From Blastocatellia bacterium (GTDB lineage: Bacteria > Acidobacteriota > Blastocatellia > UBA7656): a stretch of DNA of 64,000 nucleotides. The position numbers were made by a program, and so were the translations under genes. The DNA lies in assembly GCA_963765495.1 (NCBI GenBank), contig CAVXWP010000001.1, positions 1,216,001 through 1,280,000 on the forward strand, read 5' to 3'. Shown here piece by piece: positions 52,560-62,880 of the stretch (position 1 is its first letter; every line of letters starts with the position of its first letter). The notes beneath the pieces were generated by a model that did not search any database, was not told the origin of the DNA, and saw only the letters and a program-made list of their open reading frames with translations.

Positions 52560-52709
52560 CTACGCTGTTTTAGTTTCCATGCCCAAACCGCCATCACCCG
52601 CTACCTTTGCCATGCCCACGTTCTGTGTTATCTCGCGGATGTTGCCATAGGCAACCATCTCGGGGCTTTTATATGCCTTTCCTGGTTGGTTCTCATCCTG
52701 TGACTTCAT
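52560..52709 (-). CDS. Lasso peptide precursor (29-aa leader + 20-aa core)
   Basis: RBS AGGAG; MKSQDENQPGKAYKSPEMVAYGNIREITQ|NVGMAKVAGDGGLGMETKTA with YxxP, Gx5T and Thr(-2). Confidence 0.88.
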   Translation of the reverse strand: MKSQDENQPGKAYKSPEMVAYGNIREITQNVGMAKVAGDGGLGMETKTA

Positions 52710-54570
52710 AGTATTTCTCCTTCTGTGCTTCGCATCTGGCCGACTCAATCGATTGTAGCCAGTTATTCAAACTGAGCGGGCGTAAATTAATCCATGCCTT
52801 GTAGGGGTCCTCTTCTCTAAATACATTGCCCATTGCTGCTCTGTCAACGTATTTATTCAATTCCGGCTCAGGAACGAACCAATCAACCCATTGTGCATCG
52901 GGTTGGCGTAGAGCTTCAACATAGGGGAAGCCGGCCAGCGGTGACTTCGGACGCCGCCGCACGGATTCAGGTAATACGTCACGCATTGAGGCGCGGAGTA
53001 ATTCCTTTTTCACACACCAGGGAACAGGCGGAAGCGATAGGAAATAATCTATCAACCGAAGATCAAGCAATGGATGCCGGTGCTCGATTGGAAAACTTGT
53101 TATGCCCGCATCGTGGCTCTCTAAAAGGCTCGACCAGAGGGCCGTTGATGTTAAGACTCTATAGGCATAAGGGCGGACAGGATGGTTCGACGGCGGATAG
53201 GAACTCAGTTGTTGCCATCGAGTAGCCAGATCTAATTGTTTCGCAAGAGCCTGATTTATCCAGACTGGATATGTCGGCTCTAGCTGCGGGGTTTGCCTCC
53301 CCATCAAACGACCGAGCTTGTCTCGAAAGCCGAGCGGTATAATTCTGCGCTGGGAAATGGCGTACCTGGCTGTGTTTATCACAAGTCGTCCGAATTGCCT
53401 GTCTTTGAGTAAAGATCGAAGGTAGGGCTTTGGTGACTCGTTCAGAACCGTATCCCCGTCCCACCCCGTCAGCCCGACACGGCTATGAGCCGCCTGTAGT
53501 TTTGATTGATCGACAGATATCGCGGGTTGCGGATCATTGACAGGTTCAGGGCGGCGAAATTCGGGGTTGTCCCAGTTTTCATATAGCTTGTAGTCGTCTC
53601 CTGCGATGTAATCTATAAGGATGCCCAGTCTTTCTGCCGCCAGTCCTGAGTAGTATCGCTCTTCGTCGGGAATCACTCTGTCATAGACTACTGCATAGGC
53701 TCGCAGGTCATAGCAGGCGGACTGCTCCGAAAGCAGTTTAACGGCTGTTGCTGCTATAGCCGTTGAGTCCAGCCCGCCACTCATTGAAACGCTGACCCGG
53801 TCAGTCCGCAGCCGATCATTTACCGCTGTTTGCAATAGCTCTCTAAAATGCTCGACATAATCATTTGCGCGGCGGTATCGAATGCGGCTGTCTGCGGGCA
53901 AAGCCCAATATCGCTTCAATCGTTGGGTTCCATCCGCCCACGTTAAACAGTGTGCGGGTGGCAGTCGCTGAATGTCGGCAAAGGTCGTCGTGGATGGCTC
54001 CTGGTTAGAGTCAAACAGCAGAAAATCTGCGATGGCTAAATCATTCAATTCATCCGAAACCGCCGGGTGCATTCGCACGCAGTTCAACGTGTTGCTGAAT
54101 ATCAGATGACCGCGCACCTGAGCGTGATAAAAGGGCTTTACCCCGAAATGATCGCGTGCGCAAAACAGGCTCCGCTTTCGGCTGTCCCAGATGGCAAAGG
54201 CGAAATCGCCTATAAGATGCTCGACACACTCTTCGCCCCAGACCTCGTAGGCCCGCAAAATAAGCTCTACGTCGGTTACTCCCTCAAGCTTTATTGATCC
54301 TTTGGATTCCAGTTTCCCGATCAATTCCGAGCGGCCATCTACTCGCGCATCCGCCGTTATCCAGACTCCCCCGTCCAGACTGAATGGCTGATGCTCGCGC
54401 TCGGATTCAAACGTAGTCCGCAGCATCGTGTGGCCGAAGCCTATATTGCCGTCAATCCAGATTTCCTGAGCGTCGGGGCCGCGATAGGCCATAAACCCCG
54501 TCATCCGCCGCAACAGTTGTCTGTCAACAGGTGCGCCGTCCAGGTTGATGATGCCAAGAATGCCGCTCAT
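52693..54570 (-). CDS. Lasso peptide cyclase (asparagine synthetase-like C protein)
   Basis: AsnB fold starting MSG (no catalytic Cys), SMSGGLDS, TGWDGD, RHPLLD; between B2 and the precursor. Confidence 0.9.
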   Translation of the reverse strand: MSGILGIINLDGAPVDRQLLRRMTGFMAYRGPDAQEIWIDGNIGFGHTMLRTTFESEREHQPFSLDGGVWITADARVDGRSELIGKLESKGSIKLEGVTDVELILRAYEVWGEECVEHLIGDFAFAIWDSRKRSLFCARDHFGVKPFYHAQVRGHLIFSNTLNCVRMHPAVSDELNDLAIADFLLFDSNQEPSTTTFADIQRLPPAHCLTWADGTQRLKRYWALPADSRIRYRRANDYVEHFRELLQTAVNDRLRTDRVSVSMSGGLDSTAIAATAVKLLSEQSACYDLRAYAVVYDRVIPDEERYYSGLAAERLGILIDYIAGDDYKLYENWDNPEFRRPEPVNDPQPAISVDQSKLQAAHSRVGLTGWDGDTVLNESPKPYLRSLLKDRQFGRLVINTARYAISQRRIIPLGFRDKLGRLMGRQTPQLEPTYPVWINQALAKQLDLATRWQQLSSYPPSNHPVRPYAYRVLTSTALWSSLLESHDAGITSFPIEHRHPLLDLRLIDYFLSLPPVPWCVKKELLRASMRDVLPESVRRRPKSPLAGFPYVEALRQPDAQWVDWFVPEPELNKYVDRAAMGNVFREEDPYKAWINLRPLSLNNWLQSIESARCEAQKEKYYEVTG

Positions 54571-55037
54571 TTGTCTCTTGCCTCTGCCGATGCTATGTCG
54601 CGGTCGAATGGAGAAAAACGCATTTCAACATCCTGGCTGTCGTTTAGAGCAAGGTCCATAAACTCAACCCAGGCATGAGCCTCCATCCGCCCCGCCTCTT
54701 TGCGTGCGCCGAAGCGCAGGCGGCTTTCAATCCGCCGCCGTCGCAGTAGCCACCATAAAATCAGGGATTCTTGCAAACAATTAGCGCGATACGGCCCCCA
54801 CCGGGAAGCGATTCTCACTATCCTTGCCACCATCCGGGCTTTCTCGATCAATTTCTCGTTTTGTTCCTGCGGGATTTTTTTATCAACGGGCGATAAACGC
54901 AATAGAGCAGATTGCCAGCGATTGAATCCCACCACTCGCAACGCAGCGCCTGTGAGTGGAAACATAGGGAGAGCCTGCGCAAGCAATCGCCACTCTGGCA
55001 ATGAAAGCTGCCGAGCCTTTTGCCACTTACCCGGCAT
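54567..55037 (-). CDS. Lasso peptide leader peptidase B2 (transglutaminase-like)
   Basis: ANCLQES (catalytic Cys) and EAHAWVE. Confidence 0.92.
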   Translation of the reverse strand: MPGKWQKARQLSLPEWRLLAQALPMFPLTGAALRVVGFNRWQSALLRLSPVDKKIPQEQNEKLIEKARMVARIVRIASRWGPYRANCLQESLILWWLLRRRRIESRLRFGARKEAGRMEAHAWVEFMDLALNDSQDVEMRFSPFDRDIASAEARDK

Positions 55038-55308
55038 TTATCTCCACTAATCCCTGTTCCGTCAATCTGCCGATCAGGTCCATTAAATCCTGTCGCAGCA
55101 GTTGCTCATCCACATCATATTCATCAAGTAAAATCTCGTAAGCCGCCTGAATGGAATCGCTTGTTGTGAGAAGCGCCCACATGCGAGTCCCTATCTCGTC
55201 AAGGCCAAAGTAGCGCTCGCTTATCAAATTGAGAATGACCGATTCGCCGCCAACCGTGGAGACCAATACATCTGATGGCACTAATACACGTTTCTGAAAT
55301 GCTTTCAT
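55027..55308 (-). CDS. Lasso RRE / PqqD family protein B1
   Basis: GESVILNL..ERYFGLDEIGTRMW..EYDV; RBS GAGG before ATG 55308. Confidence 0.93.
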   Translation of the reverse strand: MKAFQKRVLVPSDVLVSTVGGESVILNLISERYFGLDEIGTRMWALLTTSDSIQAAYEILLDEYDVDEQLLRQDLMDLIGRLTEQGLVEINAG

Positions 55309-55660
55309 GATTCCTCTTGCGAACACTCAACTTCCCTGTATTTTGGATTTGCCTGAATTGTGGGCTATCCCCTGCACCCTTTGAATGATGATATCTTGCC
55401 ATCGTTCCTAATGAAAAGGCAAATCAAGTTTGAGGCTATTGCTCACAAGAACCTTTTTCGTTGCTTTACTTACATAGAATTTCGGCCAAGATTTGGTGCT
55501 CGCCTGTACGCTACGTAAAGGAATCTAAAGAGCCGGATACAAACCGGCTAAGGCGCGGCACGGCTTTAGTAAAAACAAGAGTGGGGAGAGAACCTCAAGA
55601 CCGTTCTCTCCCTTCGGATTTTTTGGAAAAGCGCCGATGCTCGGTCGGCGCGCCTCCGGC

Positions 55661-55885
55661 TTACTTTGAAGTCTGGCGCAAAGCCAGACACAGGCCCAGC
55701 CCTATCTCCACACCACAGGAAATTCGAGTCAGAGTCGGGTGCTCTGCGATTGTCTCTATCATGTTCTGAAATGGTTTTGGCCCGAACTTCCATAAAAGCG
55801 TATAACGCTTTGGCTCGATAAGACCTACTACGCCCTCGCCGATCATCGTGACTGCCAGCAATTCTTTTAGCCTTTTGCCAAGCAT
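55661..55885 (-). CDS. Small hypothetical membrane protein
   Basis: RBS AGGAGG; 74 aa with IGEGVVGLIEP...W motif and two hydrophobic segments. Confidence 0.65.
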   Translation of the reverse strand: MLGKRLKELLAVTMIGEGVVGLIEPKRYTLLWKFGPKPFQNMIETIAEHPTLTRISCGVEIGLGLCLALRQTSK

Positions 55886-56233
55886 AAGCCCTCCTATGTT
55901 TTGTAGTAATCGAGTTCGAAAAGAGTATAAGGAACTTGAAGCGTCCCGAAGATATTGTATCAAAAGGCGCTGATCGGTTCATGCCGCTCTGCTTTTCTTC
56001 CCGTTTTGATATGGATTTGCTAGAATTCCCCAGGCAGGAATCTGATTCTATATTTTACAGCCTCTCTTTGGAGAGAAAGCCCCCGCCCGCAAGCCACGCT
56101 TCACTACTTTTTGACTGGCTGAATTGTAAAGACGCTTTGAGAAATTGACTCATATTTCCGCCTCTCAGTCAGCCACCTCTCAGTAGCTTGCGGCCCGGCC
56201 CCGCGCAGAGAATTTAAGAAGGAGGCACACGCA

Positions 56234-56764
56234 ATGGCTGCAAATGTTATCGAGTTGCGCCCCGATTATCAGGAACGCTACAGGTTCGAACAGCAACGCA
56301 TTCAATCAATAATAGAGAGCCGGAAAGCCGAGCGCGAAAGCGTGATAAAGGATTTGAAAGATGCCGCCTGGAATGATCAGGTCGAACTGGTTCGCGTATT
56401 GATTGCTCAAAAAAGCGCCCTCGATATCGTTATCGCCGCGCAGGAAAAACGATACCAGTCACTCGACAGACAGTTACAGCTTGCCGAGGCCGAACTCAAT
56501 CGGGCAAAACAGGCGCTTGATCTTCTCTCCAATCAGGAAAAAGATATACTTGCCAAAATCGAGAAGCATAGACAACAGGCGCAAGCCCTTGAGCAGGAAA
56601 GACAGGAACACCTCTCGGTTGTAAGCTTGATCGAGCAGAAGATCAAGGCTCTTCGCGACCTCAATGGCGTGATAGAAAAGATCGAGTTGGCACCTCTAAG
56701 AGAGAATATAAAAGAGTGCCGCGAAGAACTGAAAAGATTTCTTGGCCGAACCTCGAATCGCTAA
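56234..56764 (+). CDS. Coiled-coil hypothetical protein
   Basis: RBS AAGGAGG; E/Q/K/L-rich heptads. Confidence 0.7.
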   Translation: MAANVIELRPDYQERYRFEQQRIQSIIESRKAERESVIKDLKDAAWNDQVELVRVLIAQKSALDIVIAAQEKRYQSLDRQLQLAEAELNRAKQALDLLSNQEKDILAKIEKHRQQAQALEQERQEHLSVVSLIEQKIKALRDLNGVIEKIELAPLRENIKECREELKRFLGRTSNR

Positions 56765-56816
56765 ATTGCCGCGCTTCTACAGACTGCCCGGGTGTTTGTA
56801 CCCGTTGCGCCGAGAT

Positions 56817-57962
56817 TTATTGATTATCGGTACGGGCGGGTTCGCCCGGTTGCCCGTCCGCATAGATTCCTCGCCTTACGCGCACCTTTAAATCGGTCCT
56901 TGTGCTGTAAACCTTTATCAAGTGAAATTTCGTATCCTCCGGGCTGCGCTCGGATGAATAGGCGATGACGTACTCGGAGCCAATCTCTTCAATAATCTGA
57001 TCCCTGATCTCTTCACAATCAATCGTATGAATGACCTGACCCGGCTCCGCCATTGCCCCGCCGTAGTGATTCTGAGAGTCCGCGCAATCGATGCGCTGCT
57101 CGAAATCCCAGACCTTTCCCCCGGTCTCCTCCGCAAGCGTTTGAAGAGGCTCTTGACCGGCTTCAAGCTCGCCAACGTATCGCTGAAGTAGTTCATGCAT
57201 TTTACGAGCGACGGGATCGAGCCGCTTTATAACAGGCAATGGCTTCTCAACCTTTGGCTTCAATTCATGAAGCAGCATCGCCGCCTGACTGACAACATAG
57301 ACAGTGGCCCGAGCGCGATGCATGGCCTTGAGCGCTTCCTCAAAGGAGGATTGCGAAGATGTATCGACACCGTCGGTCATTAATACCACGCTGCGCCGCC
57401 CTGTAATCTTCAGCAGAAGATCATCGGCTGCGCGGGTCAATGAATCGTACAGGCGCGGGTTCGGTCGCGGCCTGAAATTCCAATCAAGAGCCTTTCTGAG
57501 CGCGGCTCGATCATCGGTCCACGACGACAGCAATTCCACTTTGTCAGCGTAGGAAATCAGAGCGACCCTGTCTTCTTTACCAAATGACTCGATGAGTTTC
57601 CACGCAAGTTCCCGATGGATGTTGATGTTTTTGAGCGTGGTCAGGTCGCCGCTGCTGTCAAGAATGAGAAGAATATTGGCGGGAGTACGCAGGATGGAAG
57701 TGATCTGCTGGCGCTTATCGTCTTCGGTGACGATGACATCAGCGTGATCCAGCCGTGTGGGCAGTTTGCCGAGCGCGCCTTGAATGCTGACCGGAAGAAG
57801 AACCTCTTCGGTGCGGAGACGAACGGGTGTGTTATCATCCCCCGCTTGTGGCGCAGGCTTTTTTTTCTGCATACGTCCGCTTTGAGCCCTCGCGGATAAC
57901 CCTGCGACAGCAATAATACAAATTACGAGTAGAACCTGGATTTTTAGAGCTTGCCTTACCAT
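56817..57962 (-). CDS. VWA domain protein (Acidobacterial VWFA type)
   Basis: Signal peptide, LILDSSG, LYDS, LMTDGVD, LAEETGG, EYVIAY, VRVRRG. Confidence 0.88.
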   Translation of the reverse strand: MVRQALKIQVLLVICIIAVAGLSARAQSGRMQKKKPAPQAGDDNTPVRLRTEEVLLPVSIQGALGKLPTRLDHADVIVTEDDKRQQITSILRTPANILLILDSSGDLTTLKNINIHRELAWKLIESFGKEDRVALISYADKVELLSSWTDDRAALRKALDWNFRPRPNPRLYDSLTRAADDLLLKITGRRSVVLMTDGVDTSSQSSFEEALKAMHRARATVYVVSQAAMLLHELKPKVEKPLPVIKRLDPVARKMHELLQRYVGELEAGQEPLQTLAEETGGKVWDFEQRIDCADSQNHYGGAMAEPGQVIHTIDCEEIRDQIIEEIGSEYVIAYSSERSPEDTKFHLIKVYSTRTDLKVRVRRGIYADGQPGEPARTDNQ

Positions 57963-58295
57963 CTCTTCAACTGCCTTTCACCTATAATCGCCCTAACAGA
58001 CCCATATTACAGATAACTCTGCGGCACCTTTTAAAGAACGATGTTCCGATCAAATATTTCACTCTGATCATAAAAATCAAGCCACTGGATTTCCATTTTG
58101 AACCTTACTCTTCACGTGGTTACAATAGTCAGGTGGGCCGAAGGATATCAATGCCAAACGTCTGTTTCTTTTCAATATTTTCAGTGCGCACCTTATTGAA
58201 CCGATGCGATCCAAAGCTATTGCCCGAGATTGGAGCGGGGCTAGCCGTGAGATTCAACTTTAATGAATACCACTTAGGATTGCATCGGTGAAAGA

Positions 58296-59666
58296 ATGAA
58301 ATCTGACCCTGACCGGCACGAAATCAACGACTCGGATCGTAAACCTGAACCGAAATCTACCGGGCTTGCCTTTCTGTTGCGTGCCCTCGGACACCGTAAC
58401 TACCGGCTGTTTTTCAGCGGGCAAAGCATATCCCTTATCGGGACCTGGATGACTCGCGTGGCAACAAGCTGGCTGGTCTATCGCCTGACCGGCTCGGCAT
58501 TGCTTCTCGGGATAGTCGGATTTGCGGGACAGATTCCATCCTTTCTTCTTGCGCCTTTTGCCGGAGTCCTTGTCGACAGGTGGAACCGTCATCGCCTGCT
58601 TATCGCCACACAGGTGCTTGCGCTCCTTCAATCGCTCGGTCTTGCAATTCTTGCTCTGACACACCTGATAAACATCTGGCACGTTATCGCGCTCAGCCTC
58701 TTTCAAGGGCTCATAAATGCTTTCGATATGCCTGCGCGGCAGGCCATAGTAGTGGAACTGGTTGAGAAGAAAGAGGACCTTGCCAATGCCATCGCGCTCA
58801 ACTCTTCAATGGTAAACGCCGCCCGGTTGCTTGGTCCGTCCCTTGGCGGAATCATCATCGCAGCCGTCGGTGAAGGGTGGTGTTTTCTGCTCGACAGCAT
58901 AAGCTATCTGGCAGTCATCGCTTCGCTTCTGGCCATGAAGATGACTCCGCGCGCGAGTCGTCGGGCGAGACAGACGAGAATCCTGCAACAGTTTCGCGAG
59001 GGCTGGACCTATGTTGCCCGGTCCTCTCCCATAAGCGGGCTGTTGCTGCTGCTCGCGCTTGTCAGCCTCGTAGGGATGCCCTACACGGTCTTGATGCCGG
59101 TCTTTGCAAACGAGATTCTGCACGGCGGCCCAAATACGCTTGGCCTGTTGATGGCGGCATCAGGCGTGGGAGCGCTTACGGGTGCGTTGTTTCTCGCCTC
59201 GCGCAAAACGGTTCTCGGTCTGGGCAAACTTGTCCCTCTGGCGGCAGCCATGTTTGGCGCGGGTCTTATCGCGTTTTCGTTTTCGCGGGTGCTCTGGCTC
59301 TCTTTGCCTTTGATGATAGTCAGCGGCCTCGGATTCATGATGCAGATGGCCTCAAGCAATACCCTGCTGCAAACCATCGTGGAAGAAGACAAACGAGGGC
59401 GCGTGATGAGTTTTTACACGATGGCCTTCATGGGGACCGCGCCCTTTGGCAGCCTGCTGGCAGGAAGCCTTGCCGAGCGCATAGGCGCTCCGCACACCTT
59501 GATGTTTGGCGGGCTGGGCTGCATCCTTGGGGCTTTGTGGTTTGCAAGATCGCTTCCGAGACTGCGGCAGCAAGTTCGCCCGATCTACATCGAAATGGGC
59601 ATCCTTCCAGAGATCGCATCAGGAATTCGGAGCACCTCTGAATTGGTCGTTCCGCCTGAAACCTGA
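58296..59666 (+). CDS. MFS transporter (MFS_3/H+ antiporter-like)
   Basis: RNYRLFFSGQSISLIGTWM, DRWNR, PARQA, RGRVMS; 12 TMs. Confidence 0.93.
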   Translation: MKSDPDRHEINDSDRKPEPKSTGLAFLLRALGHRNYRLFFSGQSISLIGTWMTRVATSWLVYRLTGSALLLGIVGFAGQIPSFLLAPFAGVLVDRWNRHRLLIATQVLALLQSLGLAILALTHLINIWHVIALSLFQGLINAFDMPARQAIVVELVEKKEDLANAIALNSSMVNAARLLGPSLGGIIIAAVGEGWCFLLDSISYLAVIASLLAMKMTPRASRRARQTRILQQFREGWTYVARSSPISGLLLLLALVSLVGMPYTVLMPVFANEILHGGPNTLGLLMAASGVGALTGALFLASRKTVLGLGKLVPLAAAMFGAGLIAFSFSRVLWLSLPLMIVSGLGFMMQMASSNTLLQTIVEEDKRGRVMSFYTMAFMGTAPFGSLLAGSLAERIGAPHTLMFGGLGCILGALWFARSLPRLRQQVRPIYIEMGILPEIASGIRSTSELVVPPET

Positions 59667-59831
59667 AACCGCGCTATGGAAAAAGAAGCATTGCCGCTTG
59701 TGTTTTTCCGGCTGAGCCGATATTTTGACCAGTAGCAATATAAGACGACGCGCAAACAGAGAGACGTTTACCCGATGAACGTATGAACCAGACGCGCTTC
59801 TTCATACGATTCGGCAAAAGGATAACAGGAT

Positions 59832-60797
59832 ATGAATAAGATGAATCGTCGCGAGTTTATTACAACAACGCTCGGAGCTACCGGGGTAATAGGCACAGGG
59901 ATATTGCTGAAAGATGAATTCGTCACCGGCTCTGCCTCGAGCGCCCCAAACTCGAACTCCCCAAACCTGATCGTTGATCCTTTGATTAAAAGCCCGGTCG
60001 ATAAAGTCGCCCTCGGAAAAAGCGGCGTTAAAGTCTCGGTCGTAGGCATCGGAACCGGCACCGTCGGATGGAATCATCAGTCGAATCAGACTCGTCTGGG
60101 TCAGGAGGCTTTCACTCGCCTCATCCGTCATGCCCTCGACAGCGGTATTAACTTCTTCGACCTTGCCGATCAGTATGGATCGAATCCCTATTTCAGTCGC
60201 GCCGTAGAAGGCGTGGCCCGCGACCGCTATGTGATACAGACGAAGACAAACAGCCGCGACCCCGATCAGGCTCGACAGGATATCGACCGTTTCCTTAAAG
60301 AGCTGAAGACCGATTACATTGATTCGTTGATCGTTCATTGTGTGACCGAACCCGACTGGACTACTCGTTTTCGCGGAGTTATGGATGTGCTTGAAGAGGC
60401 AAAACAGAAAGGCAAGATACGCGCGCACGGAGTAACCTGTCACAGCTTCGTCGCGCTGGAAGCCGCCCACGCAAGCGACTGGGTGCAGATAAATCAGGTG
60501 CGCTGGAACCCCCGGCAGGCGCATATGGATGCGGAAGTCGAAACGGCGCGAAACCTCTTTGGCAGGATGCGGAGCAAAGGGCAGGGAATGATTGGCATGA
60601 AGGTGGTCGGACAGGGTGATATCGTAAACGGAAGTAAAGCTATGGCGGCTAAGGACTGTTTTCGCTTTCAGATCGAATCGGGTGTCGTTGACGCTTTCGT
60701 CGTAGGCGTAGAAAGCGTACCGCAAATTGAGGAACTGATTCAGGGGACTCAACTGGCCCTGAATGACATCGGGTACCGCAGAGTCCAGATCGCCTGA
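59832..60797 (+). CDS. Aldo/keto reductase with Tat signal
   Basis: NRREF signal, LGKSG..VS..G.GT, GINFFDLADQYG, TDYID, GKIRAHG. Confidence 0.9.
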   Translation: MNKMNRREFITTTLGATGVIGTGILLKDEFVTGSASSAPNSNSPNLIVDPLIKSPVDKVALGKSGVKVSVVGIGTGTVGWNHQSNQTRLGQEAFTRLIRHALDSGINFFDLADQYGSNPYFSRAVEGVARDRYVIQTKTNSRDPDQARQDIDRFLKELKTDYIDSLIVHCVTEPDWTTRFRGVMDVLEEAKQKGKIRAHGVTCHSFVALEAAHASDWVQINQVRWNPRQAHMDAEVETARNLFGRMRSKGQGMIGMKVVGQGDIVNGSKAMAAKDCFRFQIESGVVDAFVVGVESVPQIEELIQGTQLALNDIGYRRVQIA

Positions 60798-60857
60798 TTG
60801 TACCCCACAGCGGGAAACTACTCTCTTCACTCGGTCTCATCTGAGATTTCAAATCTC

Positions 60858-61835
60858 TCAAATCTCGGATGAGACCGTTGCGTTACGTCTGTTCTCGCGC
60901 CACCTTTTGCAAAGATCACGAGCGGCCTCGCTCCAGTCTGGAAACTCGAAATCAAATCCCGACTCCAGAAGCTTACCCGGTACGACCCGCCTGCTTTTTA
61001 ATATAAGCTCGGTTTCGGTCCTCAGAAAAATCGCGCCAATCTCAAGCATCCATCTGGTTGCGGGAAGACCTGCGCGCACACCTGCGGCCTCGCGCAAAAT
61101 CCGCATGAACTCAGCCTGCGGCAGCGGGTTTGGCGATGAGAGATTTACCGGACCTTCAAATTCCGGGTGCTCGATCAGATAGTAGACCGCTCGCACGAAA
61201 TCCTGATCGTGAATCCAGGAAATGTATTGTCGCCCGCTCGCTGCGCGACCGCCGAGACCGCGCCGCACGAGTCCGAGCAGCACATCGAAAATTCCACTAC
61301 GGTCGGGACTCAATGTTAGAGCCGAACGCATCAGCACCATTCGCGTATCAGGCGCGGCGAATTCCTCGGCAGCGCGCTCCCACGAGGTAGCTACGTCAAT
61401 ACTGAAGCGCCACGTGTCGGGCGCATTTGGCTCTGCCCCGCCCAGGATTCCTGTCGCTTCATCGTTTGGTGCGTCCAGACGATGGGCATAGATCGTAGCC
61501 GTGCTGGCCTGTAACCACACTTTCGGCGGACGCCTGGCGCGAGTTATTGCCTCGCCTATGACACGGGTTGATTTCACCCGAGATTCCTTGAGTATCCGGC
61601 GGTTTTCATCCGTGTACCGACAGTTCACACTCTGCCCGGCCAGATTGATGATTACATCCGCCTCTTCAAATTCCGCCGCCCAGTCTCCGAGGCTCTCCCC
61701 GTCCCACCCCGCAACACGCCACCGGGCGGTCCGTGGCCTTCGACTGAGGACCACAACCTCGTGTTTGTCTCTGAAAAATGCGCGAGCAAGAACCTCGCCT
61801 ACCTGTCCTGTGCCGCCGGGGATTACGATTTTCAT
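60858..61835 (-). CDS. TIGR01777 family NAD-dependent epimerase (YfcH/SDR39U1-like)
   Basis: MKIVIPGGTGQVG, INLAG, SRV, SWIH, GPVN, SRRVVP..L..GF.F. Confidence 0.9.
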   Translation of the reverse strand: MKIVIPGGTGQVGEVLARAFFRDKHEVVVLSRRPRTARWRVAGWDGESLGDWAAEFEEADVIINLAGQSVNCRYTDENRRILKESRVKSTRVIGEAITRARRPPKVWLQASTATIYAHRLDAPNDEATGILGGAEPNAPDTWRFSIDVATSWERAAEEFAAPDTRMVLMRSALTLSPDRSGIFDVLLGLVRRGLGGRAASGRQYISWIHDQDFVRAVYYLIEHPEFEGPVNLSSPNPLPQAEFMRILREAAGVRAGLPATRWMLEIGAIFLRTETELILKSRRVVPGKLLESGFDFEFPDWSEAARDLCKRWRENRRNATVSSEI

Positions 61836-61956
61836 AAGTCGTACCTTGAAAGAATTGGCGCGCTGTGGGCATGATACACGAGCAGGCACGGATATACATC
61901 TTTTGCAGGTCGATTTGAAACCGTTTATTTCCAGATGAGGAGAGAGGAGAAGTCGT

Positions 61957-62841
61957 ATGCTGATAACGCGTCGCAAATTCCTGATGACGAGTTGCGCGGG
62001 GCTCGCATCCACTGCGCTTATGAAAGGCCGCGCTCTTCGAGGTATCGCTCGCGCAAGGGGAGTTAAATTCAAGGTGGGTGTGACGGATTGGAATCTGCGC
62101 CGGGAAGGCGTCGTCGGTTCTATCGCTCTGGCAAAAAAACTTGGCTTTGACGGTGTTCAGGTGAGCCTCGGGGTAGGCGCAGACAGCCTGCCTCTCAGTG
62201 ATGCGGAGCTTCAAAAATCATTTCTCGCTGAATCCAAAAAGGTGGGACTGCCGCTGGCTTCGGTTTGTTTGAATATCCTCCACCGCAATATCTTGAAATC
62301 CGATCCTCTTGGCCAGCGATGGGTAGCCGATTCGATTCCTATCGCGCGAAATCTTGGTGTGAAGGTCATCCTGTTGCCGTTTTTCGGACGCGGCGCGTTA
62401 ACGACTCAGGCCGAGATGGATTACGTAGGCGATGCGCTTCGGGAAATTGCGCCCGAGGCTGAAAAGGCAAAGGTGATTCTGGGACTTGAAGACACCATAT
62501 CGGCTGCCGATAACGTCCGCATAATGGACCGCGCGAAATCCCCGTCCGTCCTGACCTATTACGATGTAGGCAATTCTACTCAAAACGGCTTCGACGTAAT
62601 AAAAGAGATTCGCTGGCTTGGGCGGGAACGTATCTGTGAAGTTCACCTAAAGGACAATCCGCATTATCTGGGCCAGGGAGCCATCGATTTCACGGCGGTC
62701 GTTGACGCTCTTGCCGATATAGGCTTTGACAGGTGGGCGCAGCTTGAAACCGATTGCCCTACAGGATCGGTTGAGGCCGATATGAACACAAATCTGAAAT
62801 TCATTCGAGGGATAATCGCAAAGCGAAATAGCTCTCGATGA
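61957..62841 (+). CDS. Sugar phosphate isomerase/epimerase (xylose isomerase-like TIM barrel) with Tat signal
   Basis: TRRKFL, GFDGVQ, LGLE, YYDVGN, HLKD, LET. Confidence 0.88.
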   Translation: MLITRRKFLMTSCAGLASTALMKGRALRGIARARGVKFKVGVTDWNLRREGVVGSIALAKKLGFDGVQVSLGVGADSLPLSDAELQKSFLAESKKVGLPLASVCLNILHRNILKSDPLGQRWVADSIPIARNLGVKVILLPFFGRGALTTQAEMDYVGDALREIAPEAEKAKVILGLEDTISAADNVRIMDRAKSPSVLTYYDVGNSTQNGFDVIKEIRWLGRERICEVHLKDNPHYLGQGAIDFTAVVDALADIGFDRWAQLETDCPTGSVEADMNTNLKFIRGIIAKRNSSR

Positions 62842-62880
62842 TCTGCCGAAGGATTGGAATGGCGGAAGGAAGGGATAAGC

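Noticed and set aside
59802-60830. 342-aa minus-strand ORF
   Set aside because: It is the antisense shadow of the aldo/keto reductase.
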